DNA from: a virus | IMG/VR virus record: IMGVR_UViG_3300025870_000010 | Span: 1 to 64,000 of that record | DNA length: 64,000 bases | Strand: one strand, 5' to 3' | Shown here: piece by piece, positions 9,477 to 19,213 of the stretch | Numbering within the stretch: position 1 is the first letter of the stretch | Layout: each line of letters begins with the position of its first letter | The notes under the pieces: model-generated | What the model was told of the DNA's origin: nothing | What the model saw: the letters and a program-made list of their open reading frames with translations, nothing else | Database searches by the model: none | Translations under genes and position numbers: made by a program

Positions 9477-9496
9477 TACTAAAATAAGTATAAATT

Positions 9497-12400
9497 ATGA
9501 GTTTACCAGTTTATTTATCGAATATCAAATCAAGCGGGGTATATACCTTTGAGTTCGACAAATCACAAATAGTAACAACTACTACTTCTACAATAAGAAT
9601 GATTATTGGATTTAGTAAAGTTGGACCGTTCAACACTCCCGTATTTTGTCAGGATTATGCATTCTTTCAAGATGTGTACGGTAAAAGAGATAAGCAATTA
9701 GAAAAGAAAGGTTCGTACTTTCATCTAAGTGCGCAAGAAATGTTATTGGATTCTCCAATTATTGCATTGAACTTGTTAATATTAAATGATGCACTAGACA
9801 AAACTGAATTTATTAGTTTTTCTACAGCAGCAAAAGACAAAAACCAAAAAACTGGTTATGCACCACTTTCTGGAAATTTCAATTCAAGCAAGTTTTGGAA
9901 ATTAGATTCGGACAAAGCACAATCTAATATTGAAGCACAACCAGGATATACTAAGTCTTTATTGAACTTTTCAAACGTAGGAAGTAAAACATTTTCTGTT
10001 ATAGTAACACAAGATAGAATTCAAGGTCTTGACACAACAGCAAACGATTGGTACGGAGAATCAGATGTTCCTGAATTTATGGATGGTTCTGATTATATCA
10101 ACGATTATTGTATTAGAGTTAATATCATAAAAGGAGATTATTCCGATTTCGAAAAATTAGCAACTGATCCATTATTGGGTGATTACTTTGATTCTAACGG
10201 AATTAAAAAAACATATGAAGACATTAACGGAAATACTAGCGATGGTCTTGTAGCATTCTTAGAAAACCCTAATGTGGTTTCTTTAGGAGAATATATTGGA
10301 TTATTAATTCCTAATTTTCAAGATGCTGACGGAACTGATTTGTATATTCAAGATTTAGTTAATTTAGAAACATCATTTACTGGACTTTTCTGTTCTGTTG
10401 ATGAAGACTTGTTTGATGGTTCAACTATGTTGTCCGGTAATGTTATTGATTTACTAGGTGGTACAATTGATGGTGATACTAACTTAAATAAAATTGACTA
10501 TCTTTCATACTTGGGAGGTATTACAGAAAATTTAGCGTATACTGCCGAAGTATATACTGCTGGGGAAGAAACTTTTCAGGCAAATGTATCTGCCAACAAT
10601 TCAACTACTGCTACTGCATTATTAAAACAAACGGATACAGGTGTTGGATATAATTCAACACAATTTGACACAATAGTAATTTATAATCCCGGTGCAACAG
10701 CATCAGAGGCTCCAGTAGGAACAAGTCCATTTACTGGTGCAACCCCAGCAATAAAATCAGCAGCTTGGTTGGCTTATGCAAATTCTATTAAACCAAATGT
10801 TTCTTTTATGAGTTGTACAGGAACATCAACAACACTCGCACTTGTAAAATCGGTTAGTGTATTATTTGATAGAGTAGAAATTCTAATACACCCAAAAGAC
10901 GAAGCCGGTGCATTAATGTATTTCGATGGTACATCATTATCATCCAGTGTTGACGAAGCAATAAAAGGTAATCCAAGTATTGGCATTCTTACATTAGATA
11001 CAACAACAACTCCTAATAGTTATATCATTACAAAAACTAATGATGCTGGAGAAGATTATCTTTCTGGTACAATTTCAAGTGGTGATGATGTATTAATTTC
11101 TGGTACAACCTTTGATACATTTAGTATAGTGTCCGATGTTGCTGATGGGAATGGTGATGCATTAGATACTGCATTAGGTTCAGATATTCTTTCACATCAA
11201 ATATCTTTTTATAGATTAACACCAGCAACAAATACGACTGAATCAAGTTTGACAATTAAATCAAAAGCCGGTGCAATTAATGCATCTTATACTGTAACCA
11301 AAGTAAATGACTATGAATTTACATATACTGTCGGTGCTGCAGGTGCTCCCGCTCTTAGTAAAGACTTAGTTGTTTCGGATTTCTTAATAAGAGGATTTAC
11401 TGTTGGTTCAACTAAAACTAACATTGACCCTAGAACAGGAAACACTAGATTTACTAGAATATTGTCGGTAAAAGAAAGTGGTGGTACCGTAACGGTTAAG
11501 ACACTTGACCCTGTATATTTTGGTACTACTAATAACAAAATCGAAAGATACAAATCGGTTTCAGAGTTTGTAACAAATTATAATGTACAAGGATTAGACG
11601 GATTTACAATGAGAGCTGACCAAATGCCAGATGGAACACCGGCTAGACAAAATGCTATATTGAAAGTTTTAACAGATACGGGATTGTATGGGGCATTGTC
11701 AGATAAAGAAGCAATTACATTTAGATATATAGTTGATACTTTTGATGGATTGATTGAACCTAGTTCTAAAAATGTTTTAACGGCATTGTGTAAAAATAGA
11801 CAATTTGCATTTGCAATTTTAAATGCACCGTCTGTTAAAGCACTTAGTGATTCTACTAATCCATTATTCAAATTTAATATACTAAGTGAATATGACCCAA
11901 GATATGTTAGTACCGGTGGTAATCAAGATTTGAACCCAAGTAACACATTTTCGTTACCTAGTTTAAATCAAGGTTCTAACTACTGTGGTTTCTATCATCC
12001 GTACTTAGTATTGAGAGAAGGGCCAAGTACTAAATTAGTACCACCAGCAGCGTATATTTCTAACAACTTTATGGCAAAATATAGAAGTGATAAACCTTAC
12101 TCTATAATTGCAGGACCAAGAAGAGGTGTAGTAGCTGGAAATAATGTTGTAGGTGTTGAATACATTTATGATAGAACAGGATTAGATTCAGTAGAACCAT
12201 TCGGATTGAATGTTATTGTACCAAACAGAGGTTTCGGAAACGTAATCAATGCTAATCAAACGGCACAACAAAACATAAAATCTGCATTGTCAAGTATTCA
12301 TGTAAGAGAATTGTTAATTTACATTGAAGAAACTGTTGAGCAAATTCTTAAAAGTTATAGATGGGAATTCAATACCGTTCAAAATAGATTAGAAATCAAA

Positions 12401-12622
12401 ACTTTAGTTGATGGTTTCCTAAGTCAAATATTGAACGATGGTGGTCTTTATGATTACCAAACGGTTATGAATACGGTAAATAACACTAGTGAAGTTATTG
12501 ATAACGATATGGGTATTATTGATATCGCTATCGAACCAGTTAGGGGATTAGGTAAACTTGTACAAAGAGTTACTATTCTTAAAACGGGTGCAATTGCATT
12601 AGGAGAATTTTCAGTACAATAA
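9497..12622 (+). CDS. gp18: tail sheath protein (gp18), 1041 aa
   Basis: N-terminal SSGVYTFEFD..GFSKVGPFNTP; C-terminal AGPRRG, SALSSIHVRELLIYIE, WEFNT..R, NNTSEVID; followed by the tube gene. Confidence 0.95.
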   Translation: MSLPVYLSNIKSSGVYTFEFDKSQIVTTTTSTIRMIIGFSKVGPFNTPVFCQDYAFFQDVYGKRDKQLEKKGSYFHLSAQEMLLDSPIIALNLLILNDALDKTEFISFSTAAKDKNQKTGYAPLSGNFNSSKFWKLDSDKAQSNIEAQPGYTKSLLNFSNVGSKTFSVIVTQDRIQGLDTTANDWYGESDVPEFMDGSDYINDYCIRVNIIKGDYSDFEKLATDPLLGDYFDSNGIKKTYEDINGNTSDGLVAFLENPNVVSLGEYIGLLIPNFQDADGTDLYIQDLVNLETSFTGLFCSVDEDLFDGSTMLSGNVIDLLGGTIDGDTNLNKIDYLSYLGGITENLAYTAEVYTAGEETFQANVSANNSTTATALLKQTDTGVGYNSTQFDTIVIYNPGATASEAPVGTSPFTGATPAIKSAAWLAYANSIKPNVSFMSCTGTSTTLALVKSVSVLFDRVEILIHPKDEAGALMYFDGTSLSSSVDEAIKGNPSIGILTLDTTTTPNSYIITKTNDAGEDYLSGTISSGDDVLISGTTFDTFSIVSDVADGNGDALDTALGSDILSHQISFYRLTPATNTTESSLTIKSKAGAINASYTVTKVNDYEFTYTVGAAGAPALSKDLVVSDFLIRGFTVGSTKTNIDPRTGNTRFTRILSVKESGGTVTVKTLDPVYFGTTNNKIERYKSVSEFVTNYNVQGLDGFTMRADQMPDGTPARQNAILKVLTDTGLYGALSDKEAITFRYIVDTFDGLIEPSSKNVLTALCKNRQFAFAILNAPSVKALSDSTNPLFKFNILSEYDPRYVSTGGNQDLNPSNTFSLPSLNQGSNYCGFYHPYLVLREGPSTKLVPPAAYISNNFMAKYRSDKPYSIIAGPRRGVVAGNNVVGVEYIYDRTGLDSVEPFGLNVIVPNRGFGNVINANQTAQQNIKSALSSIHVRELLIYIEETVEQILKSYRWEFNTVQNRLEIKTLVDGFLSQILNDGGLYDYQTVMNTVNNTSEVIDNDMGIIDIAIEPVRGLGKLVQRVTILKTGAIALGEFSVQ

Positions 12623-12626
12623 AAAT

Positions 12627-12670
12627 GATTAAATAAGATATAGAGAACTTAAAATGTTCTCTATATCTTT
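12627..12670 (+). promoter_or_regulatory. late promoter GATTAAATA followed by a 14-bp-stem hairpin
   Basis: gattaaata at 12627; aagatatagagaac-ttaaaat-gttctctatatctt. Confidence 0.6.
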
Positions 12671-12700
12671 AAAATACTTAGATAAAAAAAATTATATAAT

Positions 12701-13255
12701 ATGGCAAGTTTACCACATTACAAAAATTCAAAGGCATCCGTAAACAAATGGGAATTTGTTGCTGGTAACTTATTTGAAGTTACTATATTACCACCACCTG
12801 GTGTCGGTGGAGGAGAATTACTATTAGAACACGTTAGAACTATTGGTGGTCTTACAACAGAAATGGGACAAGAAGCGGTTGAACAAGAATTCAAAACGTC
12901 AAAACGTTCATTTTTAAGTACAGTTCCTACAAATACAGTTGTTGATTTAGCAATTGCATTTTCATTGAACTTAAATGATGACAATGAAATGTATGTTTAT
13001 AAAACGCTTAGAGATTGGAAAAGATTGGGTTATAACCCACTAACTGGTGAAATGGGACTTAAAAAGGACTATTCGGATGCGAAAATTATAGTTACTATGT
13101 ACAATAGAGTAGGTGATATTCATTGGCAAAGAACTTTCCACGATTGTTTCGTAAACGGAGATTTACCTGAATTAGCGTTAGATTATTCTTCTGGTGACCC
13201 ATTAGAAATGGAAGTTACTTTTAGAAGTGATTACTTTACAGAACAACAAGTATAG
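12701..13255 (+). CDS. gp19: tail tube protein (gp19)
   Basis: Follows the sheath; NLFEV, LRDWKRLGYNPLTGEMGLKKDY, LDYSSGDPLEMEVTFRSDY. Confidence 0.9.
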   Translation: MASLPHYKNSKASVNKWEFVAGNLFEVTILPPPGVGGGELLLEHVRTIGGLTTEMGQEAVEQEFKTSKRSFLSTVPTNTVVDLAIAFSLNLNDDNEMYVYKTLRDWKRLGYNPLTGEMGLKKDYSDAKIIVTMYNRVGDIHWQRTFHDCFVNGDLPELALDYSSGDPLEMEVTFRSDYFTEQQV

Positions 13256-13273
13256 TAAATTAAAAATTATAAG

Positions 13274-13309
13274 AAAAAAGGGAACTATTGATTTAGTTCC
13301 CTTTTTTTT
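13274..13309. terminator. bidirectional terminator
   Basis: aaaaaagggaacta-ttgatt-tagttcccttttttt between convergent genes. Confidence 0.85.
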
Positions 13310-13331
13310 GTTTATTGAATAATAACTATTT

Positions 13332-14132
13332 CTATGCAACTCTTTTTCCATTCGATTCTAATTCATCGTAACGGTCTTCTATTTTATTTATGATGTCTGC
13401 TCTACTTTGATCTTCTTTAGTCATTTTAACTACGTGAAAACCGTCTATGTCTTGAAAATTCTCAATTAAAAATTCTAATCCAGAAGTTTGTCCTGATGAA
13501 CTATCTTTTTGTTGTGTATCTCCTAAGATAACCAATTTACAATTTTGTCCTATCCTAGACAATACCGTTCTCAAAATTGCGTTGTTTATGTTTTGTGCTT
13601 CATCTAATATTATAACACAATTGTTTAATCCTATACCTCGTATATAAGCAAGAGGTAAAAACTCAATTACTTGAGATTGTCTTGCCATTTCATAAGTACC
13701 TGGATTAATTATTTGTTTAAAGTTGAAATCAAACGAAAACAAAAAGGGGGCAATCTTATCTTCCATCGTACCTTTTAAGAATCCAATATCTTCCGATTTG
13801 TTATCTAAGGTCTTTACAGATTTACATAAGTATATTTTATCATACGAACCCGTCTTAAAAGCTTTCAGTGCTCCTTGAATAGCGGAATATGTTTTTCCTG
13901 TTCCTGGTTTGCCATGTACAATAGTAATAGTAGTGTTTTTGTTACTAATAGATTTTACTATTTCGCTTTGATTTTTAGTTTTACATTTAAACTTAGATAC
14001 CGCAATATTGTTTTTAAAGGTTTTGATACCACTATCTTTATTTTCTTTTTCCATAGGTTTTGATTTAGTCTTTGTATTAGAATATTCTAATAGAATTTCT
14101 GTATCCTCTTCGCTGAAATTCTTTATTTTCAT
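13332..14132 (-). CDS. phoH: PhoH-like ATPase
   Basis: HGKPGTGKT, IGFLKGTMEDK, PLAYIRG, ILDEAQN, SRIGQNCKLVILGDTQQKD. Confidence 0.93.
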   Translation of the reverse strand: MKIKNFSEEDTEILLEYSNTKTKSKPMEKENKDSGIKTFKNNIAVSKFKCKTKNQSEIVKSISNKNTTITIVHGKPGTGKTYSAIQGALKAFKTGSYDKIYLCKSVKTLDNKSEDIGFLKGTMEDKIAPFLFSFDFNFKQIINPGTYEMARQSQVIEFLPLAYIRGIGLNNCVIILDEAQNINNAILRTVLSRIGQNCKLVILGDTQQKDSSSGQTSGLEFLIENFQDIDGFHVVKMTKEDQSRADIINKIEDRYDELESNGKRVA

Positions 14133-14188
14133 AGTATATATTTTATCTTCTATGATATTTAACCTATCTAAAAAACTTTAATGTTGTA

Positions 14189-16711
14189 TTAAGAAAATGA
14201 TGTATTTTGAATATTAACATCTATACCAGCTCGTAAAGTATCAGTAACTAATTCGAGTTCTGACAATAGTGGTCCCAAGTCTATTTTTTCTTGTGTTTGT
14301 GTCGCAGGACTTGCTGTTGTTGTACTAGTAGAACCTACTTCAATTCCATTCATTTCTGCAATTGCATCTTTTAGTTTTTCTAAAACGGCTTCTAAATCAC
14401 CAAAACTACCATCCATTGCCTCTGCAAAGTTAGTAAGGTTTTCGGCCAATGAATTTAATTTAGTTAATTTTTTCAAATCCATTCCATTAATAGATTCTTT
14501 CATATCAACAAACATTTTACCAATATCTTTAGATGCCCCCCCTTTCATTTTTTCTACGGATTCGGCAAAGGATTCGATTCCTTCAAAAAGAGTTTCTACT
14601 TTATCTTCATCCATCTTTTCAAAATCAGAATCGGTAAATGTTTTAATAACAGAAGTTAAGGGTTTACTAAATGTTTCTTGTAGTTTTGCACTATCAATTT
14701 TTACTTTACTGAAAGTAGATATTGCATTTGCAAAACTTTCCATAGGAGATGCCAATGTTCCTAAATATTCTATACCATCTTCAATATCATCATTTTCCCC
14801 CAATTTTATAAGTGGGCCCGTTAATGCATTAAGCATTGTTGTAATTCCTGTCCCTATTTTTCCAACATCAATTCCCTTTTCAGAACCAGGTACCACTTTT
14901 CCTTTATCATCAAATTCAACTACTTTCATATTACCGAAAAATGACATACCTAATGCAAAAGAACCTAATGCATTTCCAAGTTTACCTAATAATTCAATTC
15001 CCGTTCCTAAATTACCTTGACTAAACCAACCACTACCGTCTGAATTTTCAGCTCCGAAATCTTTTAGGGGTTTAGTTATTTCTTGTAATAATAATGCTAT
15101 ATTAGAACTAATTGCAGCCGGATTTATCGCACCTTTAGTTTTTACTGTATATTTCGCATCTGCCCCCTCTCCTTCCTTTACAACCTCACTTAGTTCTAAA
15201 TTTGCAAAAGACCCTATACCTTCAGCAAATGCCGAAAGTGCGTTTCCTAATCCGGTAAGTAATGCTATTCCGGCAGCAACTTTTATAAAATCAGAAATAC
15301 CGAAATCACTGAAAGCATCCTTTACAGCAGTTACTAATGTTACAATTGCTCTAGCCAAAAGGTCAGATTTTTCTTGTGTCCAATCAATTCCCGCAAATTT
15401 AACTAAAGAATCTGTAAATACCCATACTGCGGCACCAACTACTAATAATGCAGCCGCACCGGCAAGTATAAATGGTGCAACTAAACCTGCGGCCCCGAAC
15501 GCAACCCCCATTCCAACAATAAATGCCGATAATATTCCTATTGTTTTCCAAGTAATATTGGCTTCTTGTAATTTGGCTAAAGAAAATGCTATTATAGCAA
15601 CTACAACAGCAACTAGTAACATTGATAATGCACCAGGAATTATTTGAGCTTTAAGTGCACCAGCAATTACAAATACAATTGCTAATCCTATCATAACAAC
15701 TCCTAACATAAGAGCTGCTGCTGCAAACCTTTTTAAAGAAATAGTTGTTATAAAAAATAAAATACCTACGATAATTGCAGTTGCAATTGCTAAAAATATC
15801 ATACTCATTGCACCTTTGTTGGTTTTTGATTCAACCAATCCTATTAACATAAATACTAATGCAACTCCTATTAACACACCAAAGACTAATAAAATTGCAC
15901 CCATCGTAATTTGATCCATAATAAATTTAGAAAGAACAATTAATCCAATTACTATTCCTATGGTTAATGCTAAAAATATCATACTTTTTGCACCATCTTT
16001 TGCACTATCATCAACTGCTGATATCATACTAAAAGCAAAAGCAACAGCAAAAAGAGTTCCTATTACCAACAAGACCGGTCCAAATCCTACTGCACCTAAA
16101 ATTAATGACGCAATGGCAATAGACAAAACAATACCTAATACCGCCCCTGAAATAAACAACAATGCTTTTGCACCTTCTTTCAAGTCTTTTGTCATTGTTC
16201 CGAGCCATTTAAAAAAGAAAACCCATACAATTAAAAAAGGTAATGTTGTAATCATACCTATTGCCAATAATGGGCCAGCTAGTAATATTGCTAATGAAAA
16301 CAATATTATTTTCTTACCCATATCGAAAAGTGCAGTAAAAGCTTCAAATTTCTTTTCGTCTAATTCATTTACGGCATCTACAAATTTCTTAGTAGCATCG
16401 GCAAACTTATCCATTCCAAGTGCCATTGCTTGTAATGCTTTACCTCCCCTTTTCTTAAACATTTTACCAAAAGACTTAGTTCCTGATGAATTGAAAATAG
16501 AAATTGAACTACTCCCACCAGTACCTTTGACTAATCCCTTTGCAATTTCTTGTAATAATTTAGTTTGTTTTGATAATTCTTTACCTATTTCTTTAGATAA
16601 TATAGTATTTGTTTTGTTTATACCCGTTAAAATAGAAACATTTTGATTCGCATTGACTGTGGCCAATGTTTCTATATTCTTTAATATTCCAGCAACTAAG
16701 TTTTCACCCAT
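14189..16711 (-). CDS. tape-measure/baseplate-hub (gp29-like) protein with a long multi-TM block
   Basis: 840 aa, Ala/Gly-rich helical, about ten hydrophobic segments; lies downstream of gp26- and gp51-like genes; late promoter at 16738-16746. Confidence 0.65.
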   Translation of the reverse strand: MGENLVAGILKNIETLATVNANQNVSILTGINKTNTILSKEIGKELSKQTKLLQEIAKGLVKGTGGSSSISIFNSSGTKSFGKMFKKRGGKALQAMALGMDKFADATKKFVDAVNELDEKKFEAFTALFDMGKKIILFSLAILLAGPLLAIGMITTLPFLIVWVFFFKWLGTMTKDLKEGAKALLFISGAVLGIVLSIAIASLILGAVGFGPVLLVIGTLFAVAFAFSMISAVDDSAKDGAKSMIFLALTIGIVIGLIVLSKFIMDQITMGAILLVFGVLIGVALVFMLIGLVESKTNKGAMSMIFLAIATAIIVGILFFITTISLKRFAAAALMLGVVMIGLAIVFVIAGALKAQIIPGALSMLLVAVVVAIIAFSLAKLQEANITWKTIGILSAFIVGMGVAFGAAGLVAPFILAGAAALLVVGAAVWVFTDSLVKFAGIDWTQEKSDLLARAIVTLVTAVKDAFSDFGISDFIKVAAGIALLTGLGNALSAFAEGIGSFANLELSEVVKEGEGADAKYTVKTKGAINPAAISSNIALLLQEITKPLKDFGAENSDGSGWFSQGNLGTGIELLGKLGNALGSFALGMSFFGNMKVVEFDDKGKVVPGSEKGIDVGKIGTGITTMLNALTGPLIKLGENDDIEDGIEYLGTLASPMESFANAISTFSKVKIDSAKLQETFSKPLTSVIKTFTDSDFEKMDEDKVETLFEGIESFAESVEKMKGGASKDIGKMFVDMKESINGMDLKKLTKLNSLAENLTNFAEAMDGSFGDLEAVLEKLKDAIAEMNGIEVGSTSTTTASPATQTQEKIDLGPLLSELELVTDTLRAGIDVNIQNTSFS

Positions 16712-16758
16712 TTCTAAATCCGATAATTCCCTTTCTTTATTTAATCAAATAAACAATT

Positions 16759-17085
16759 TTACATTTTAGGCATTTTAAAATTACCTAATTTTGGCATATT
16801 CCCACCAAAACCTTTCGTGTACTTACTTGCGTCGGATTTCATTTTTTCCATCTGTTCATTTGTTTGGTCTTTACTTCCAGATTTGTCTCCGTTTTGTTCC
16901 TTCAACATATCAACAAGGTCTTTTACCATCCATTGGTATTCATAGTAACAAAGGTTATCTATTTCGGATGGTTGTATATGTAAGTGATGTTGAACATATA
17001 CTCTATTTTTATAAAAAGATCGCAAATCAACTTTCATTGATTTAAAAATGTCTTTCATCTTTAATCTAACAGTCGGTGTCCTCAT
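16759..17085 (-). CDS. baseplate hub assembly chaperone (gp51-like)
   Basis: LRSFYK..VQHHLHIQPSEIDNLCYYEYQWMV resembles the short gp51 of marine T4-like phages. Confidence 0.6.
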   Translation of the reverse strand: MRTPTVRLKMKDIFKSMKVDLRSFYKNRVYVQHHLHIQPSEIDNLCYYEYQWMVKDLVDMLKEQNGDKSGSKDQTNEQMEKMKSDASKYTKGFGGNMPKLGNFKMPKM

Positions 17086-17116
17086 TTATACTAAGTTTAG
17101 TACTATATTTAATCAT

Positions 17117-17146
17117 AAAAAAAGACTACCAAAAATGATAGTCTTT
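17117..17146 (-). terminator. rho-independent terminator
   Basis: aaagacta-ccaaaaatga-tagtcttt with A-run. Confidence 0.7.
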
Positions 17147-17169
17147 CTTAATATTGTACGTATTTTATT

Positions 17170-17442
17170 TTACTTAGTAATATTTTTAAGTTCTTTGAAT
17201 AGTGCATCCTTATCAAATACCTCATCTTCCATACCTTCAATTGAAGAAAGTCCATCACGACCAACAACAACTTTTAGAGGACCTGACCAATTTGGTATTT
17301 TATTTATTGGATTATCCCCATAAAAATCTGTAACCCCACTATTTGTAGTTTTGCTAACTTTCTTAAAGATTGTTTTTAGAAAAGATTCTATCTCATCGTG
17401 ATTACCTTTACCTTCGTTTAAAAATTCGTTTAAATGTTTCAT
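17170..17442 (-). CDS. putative internal head protein
   Basis: Starts MKHLNEFLNE-G. Confidence 0.7.
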   Translation of the reverse strand: MKHLNEFLNEGKGNHDEIESFLKTIFKKVSKTTNSGVTDFYGDNPINKIPNWSGPLKVVVGRDGLSSIEGMEDEVFDKDALFKELKNITK

Positions 17443-17445
17443 ATC

Positions 17446-17961
17446 TTAATCTGGATTTTTCCAACCTTTATAGAAGTCTGCAAATGCTTGTCCTTCGGCA
17501 CTTGCTTGTGCTTCAATCATACCTAAAAGTTGATTTAATTGTTTTGTTGTAATTTGTATTCCTTTATTTTCTGTTCCAAAGTAATCAGCACTACCAGAAA
17601 GTCCACCTGGTGTTTCGTTTCTTAGTCTACCATTAAATGCTTCATCATTAATTTTATAACCTCTTATTGCTCTGAATCCATATAGATAAAGTTTACCGTC
17701 TTTTGCAAATAGTTCTACTAATTTTTGACTACCATTCCTATCATCAGGTGATGAACCATAAGTAAAGATAGAAACCCTAGATGGATATACTTTACCGAAC
17801 ATAGTTCTTTCTTCTTCGTAATCATCTACAATACCTTTTTTGGTTTTACTTTGTAGTGCATCTCTAAGTGTCTCAGTAGATTCCAAATCTTTTTTACTAA
17901 GATTACCAACTTTAGTACCATAGTTCTTTGCTTCGTTTAAAAATTCATTTAGTGCTTTCAT
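17446..17961 (-). CDS. putative internal head protein
   Basis: Starts MKALNEFLNE-A. Confidence 0.7.
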   Translation of the reverse strand: MKALNEFLNEAKNYGTKVGNLSKKDLESTETLRDALQSKTKKGIVDDYEEERTMFGKVYPSRVSIFTYGSSPDDRNGSQKLVELFAKDGKLYLYGFRAIRGYKINDEAFNGRLRNETPGGLSGSADYFGTENKGIQITTKQLNQLLGMIEAQASAEGQAFADFYKGWKNPD

Positions 17962-17971
17962 AGTTTTATCT

Positions 17972-18250
17972 TTATTTTACGAAATGATAATGTGATTCTA
18001 AATATCCACCTTTATCTTTATAGAACGCTTCGACATCATATTTCTTTGGGTCTTTGTGTTCAGGTAATTTTGTTTTGATAAATTCTAATCCATCTTCTAC
18101 TGAATCAAACTCGTGTGCCTTACCATCATCTTTAGTCCATTGTACATCACCTTTTGGTGTTATTACAACGTATTTGTTGAATTTAGATGAACGTACTGTT
18201 ATTTTATCGTATTTTACCCCTTCATTAAGGAATTCATTTAGTGCTTTCAT
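17972..18250 (-). CDS. putative internal head protein
   Basis: Starts MKALNEFLNE-G. Confidence 0.7.
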   Translation of the reverse strand: MKALNEFLNEGVKYDKITVRSSKFNKYVVITPKGDVQWTKDDGKAHEFDSVEDGLEFIKTKLPEHKDPKKYDVEAFYKDKGGYLESHYHFVK

Positions 18251-18263
18251 AATTTATTTAATT

Positions 18264-19139
18264 TTATCTAATCCAACGAACATAATCTTCAAGGGCATAT
18301 TCTTTTGCAATAACATCTCCTTTCATTTTATTCCAAAGGTCAGTTGCCATTTCAATATAAACTTCAGCATCATTTTCATATCTATCAATCGGTTCAACAT
18401 ATCCTTTGTCCCCTTTAATAACATCTAATATTCTTTCGTTATAAACTTGTCTAATTTCGTTTGTTATATCAATCTTTTCATCAGCCCAAGTAGGAAACAA
18501 TTTAATTGCTTTCTTGAATTTAGTATCCCAATACTTTTCTGATTTTTCAGCTTCTCCTGTGTATTGATTTATTTCATCTAATACAGATTTACCTTCATTC
18601 AACTTTGTTATTTCGTTAGATTTGTTACCAACAAACGTTTGAAATCCACTTTTCTTAGTGTATTTTACATCATAGGTAACTTTTCCGTCATTTCGTACAT
18701 TTGTTATTACTGCTGGTTCCCCATAGTATAATACCTTTTCACCTTCTTTAAAAAATGGTTTAATGTGCCAACCATATTTATCTGTTACTGGTTTTTTAGA
18801 TTCATCCATTCCGGACATACTTAATACAGCTTTTTTCTTTTTAGTCATCAACTTTATTAATTCATCAAGAACTTTACCACCTTTATCATCGGTTGCTCTA
18901 TGTGGTCTACCTACAAAGTCTTGACCGATTCCTTCTAATTTACCAGAACGATTAAAAGTTATATTACCTTTAGGTGTTTTTAATTGAAAATCTCCCATAC
19001 CTAAATGTACTAATTCAGAACCAGGAAGTACTCCTTTACTGTAATTTACAAAATTGCTATCAACAATAGTTTGATTTCCTACTCTTTCGTAGTGTCCTAC
19101 ATCTTTTGCTTCGTTTAAAAATTCGTTTAAGTGTTTCAT
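18264..19139 (-). CDS. putative internal head polyprotein
   Basis: Starts MKHLNEFLNE-A; internal MDE-S and LNE-G sites flank an SH3/Tudor-like segment. Confidence 0.7.
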   Translation of the reverse strand: MKHLNEFLNEAKDVGHYERVGNQTIVDSNFVNYSKGVLPGSELVHLGMGDFQLKTPKGNITFNRSGKLEGIGQDFVGRPHRATDDKGGKVLDELIKLMTKKKKAVLSMSGMDESKKPVTDKYGWHIKPFFKEGEKVLYYGEPAVITNVRNDGKVTYDVKYTKKSGFQTFVGNKSNEITKLNEGKSVLDEINQYTGEAEKSEKYWDTKFKKAIKLFPTWADEKIDITNEIRQVYNERILDVIKGDKGYVEPIDRYENDAEVYIEMATDLWNKMKGDVIAKEYALEDYVRWIR

Positions 19140-19167
19140 ATTATAATATTTCTTTTCTTATTTAACC

Positions 19168-19197
19168 AAAAAAAAGGCAACCAAATCGGTTGCCTTT
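19168..19197 (-). terminator. rho-independent terminator
   Basis: aaaggcaacc-aaatc-ggttgccttt. Confidence 0.8.
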
Positions 19198-19213
19198 GTG
19201 GTATTATTGTATT

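Noticed and set aside
9271-9496. tRNA or structured ncRNA in the largest intergenic gap
   Set aside because: Almost pure A/T with promoter motifs; no cloverleaf or GC-rich stems seen here or elsewhere in the window
15960-16646. 228-aa plus-strand ORF and many similar antisense ORFs (e.g. 27977-28547, 31195-31602, 38397-38840, 61941-62402)
   Set aside because: Shadows of biased codon usage on the coding strand; no motifs or expression signals
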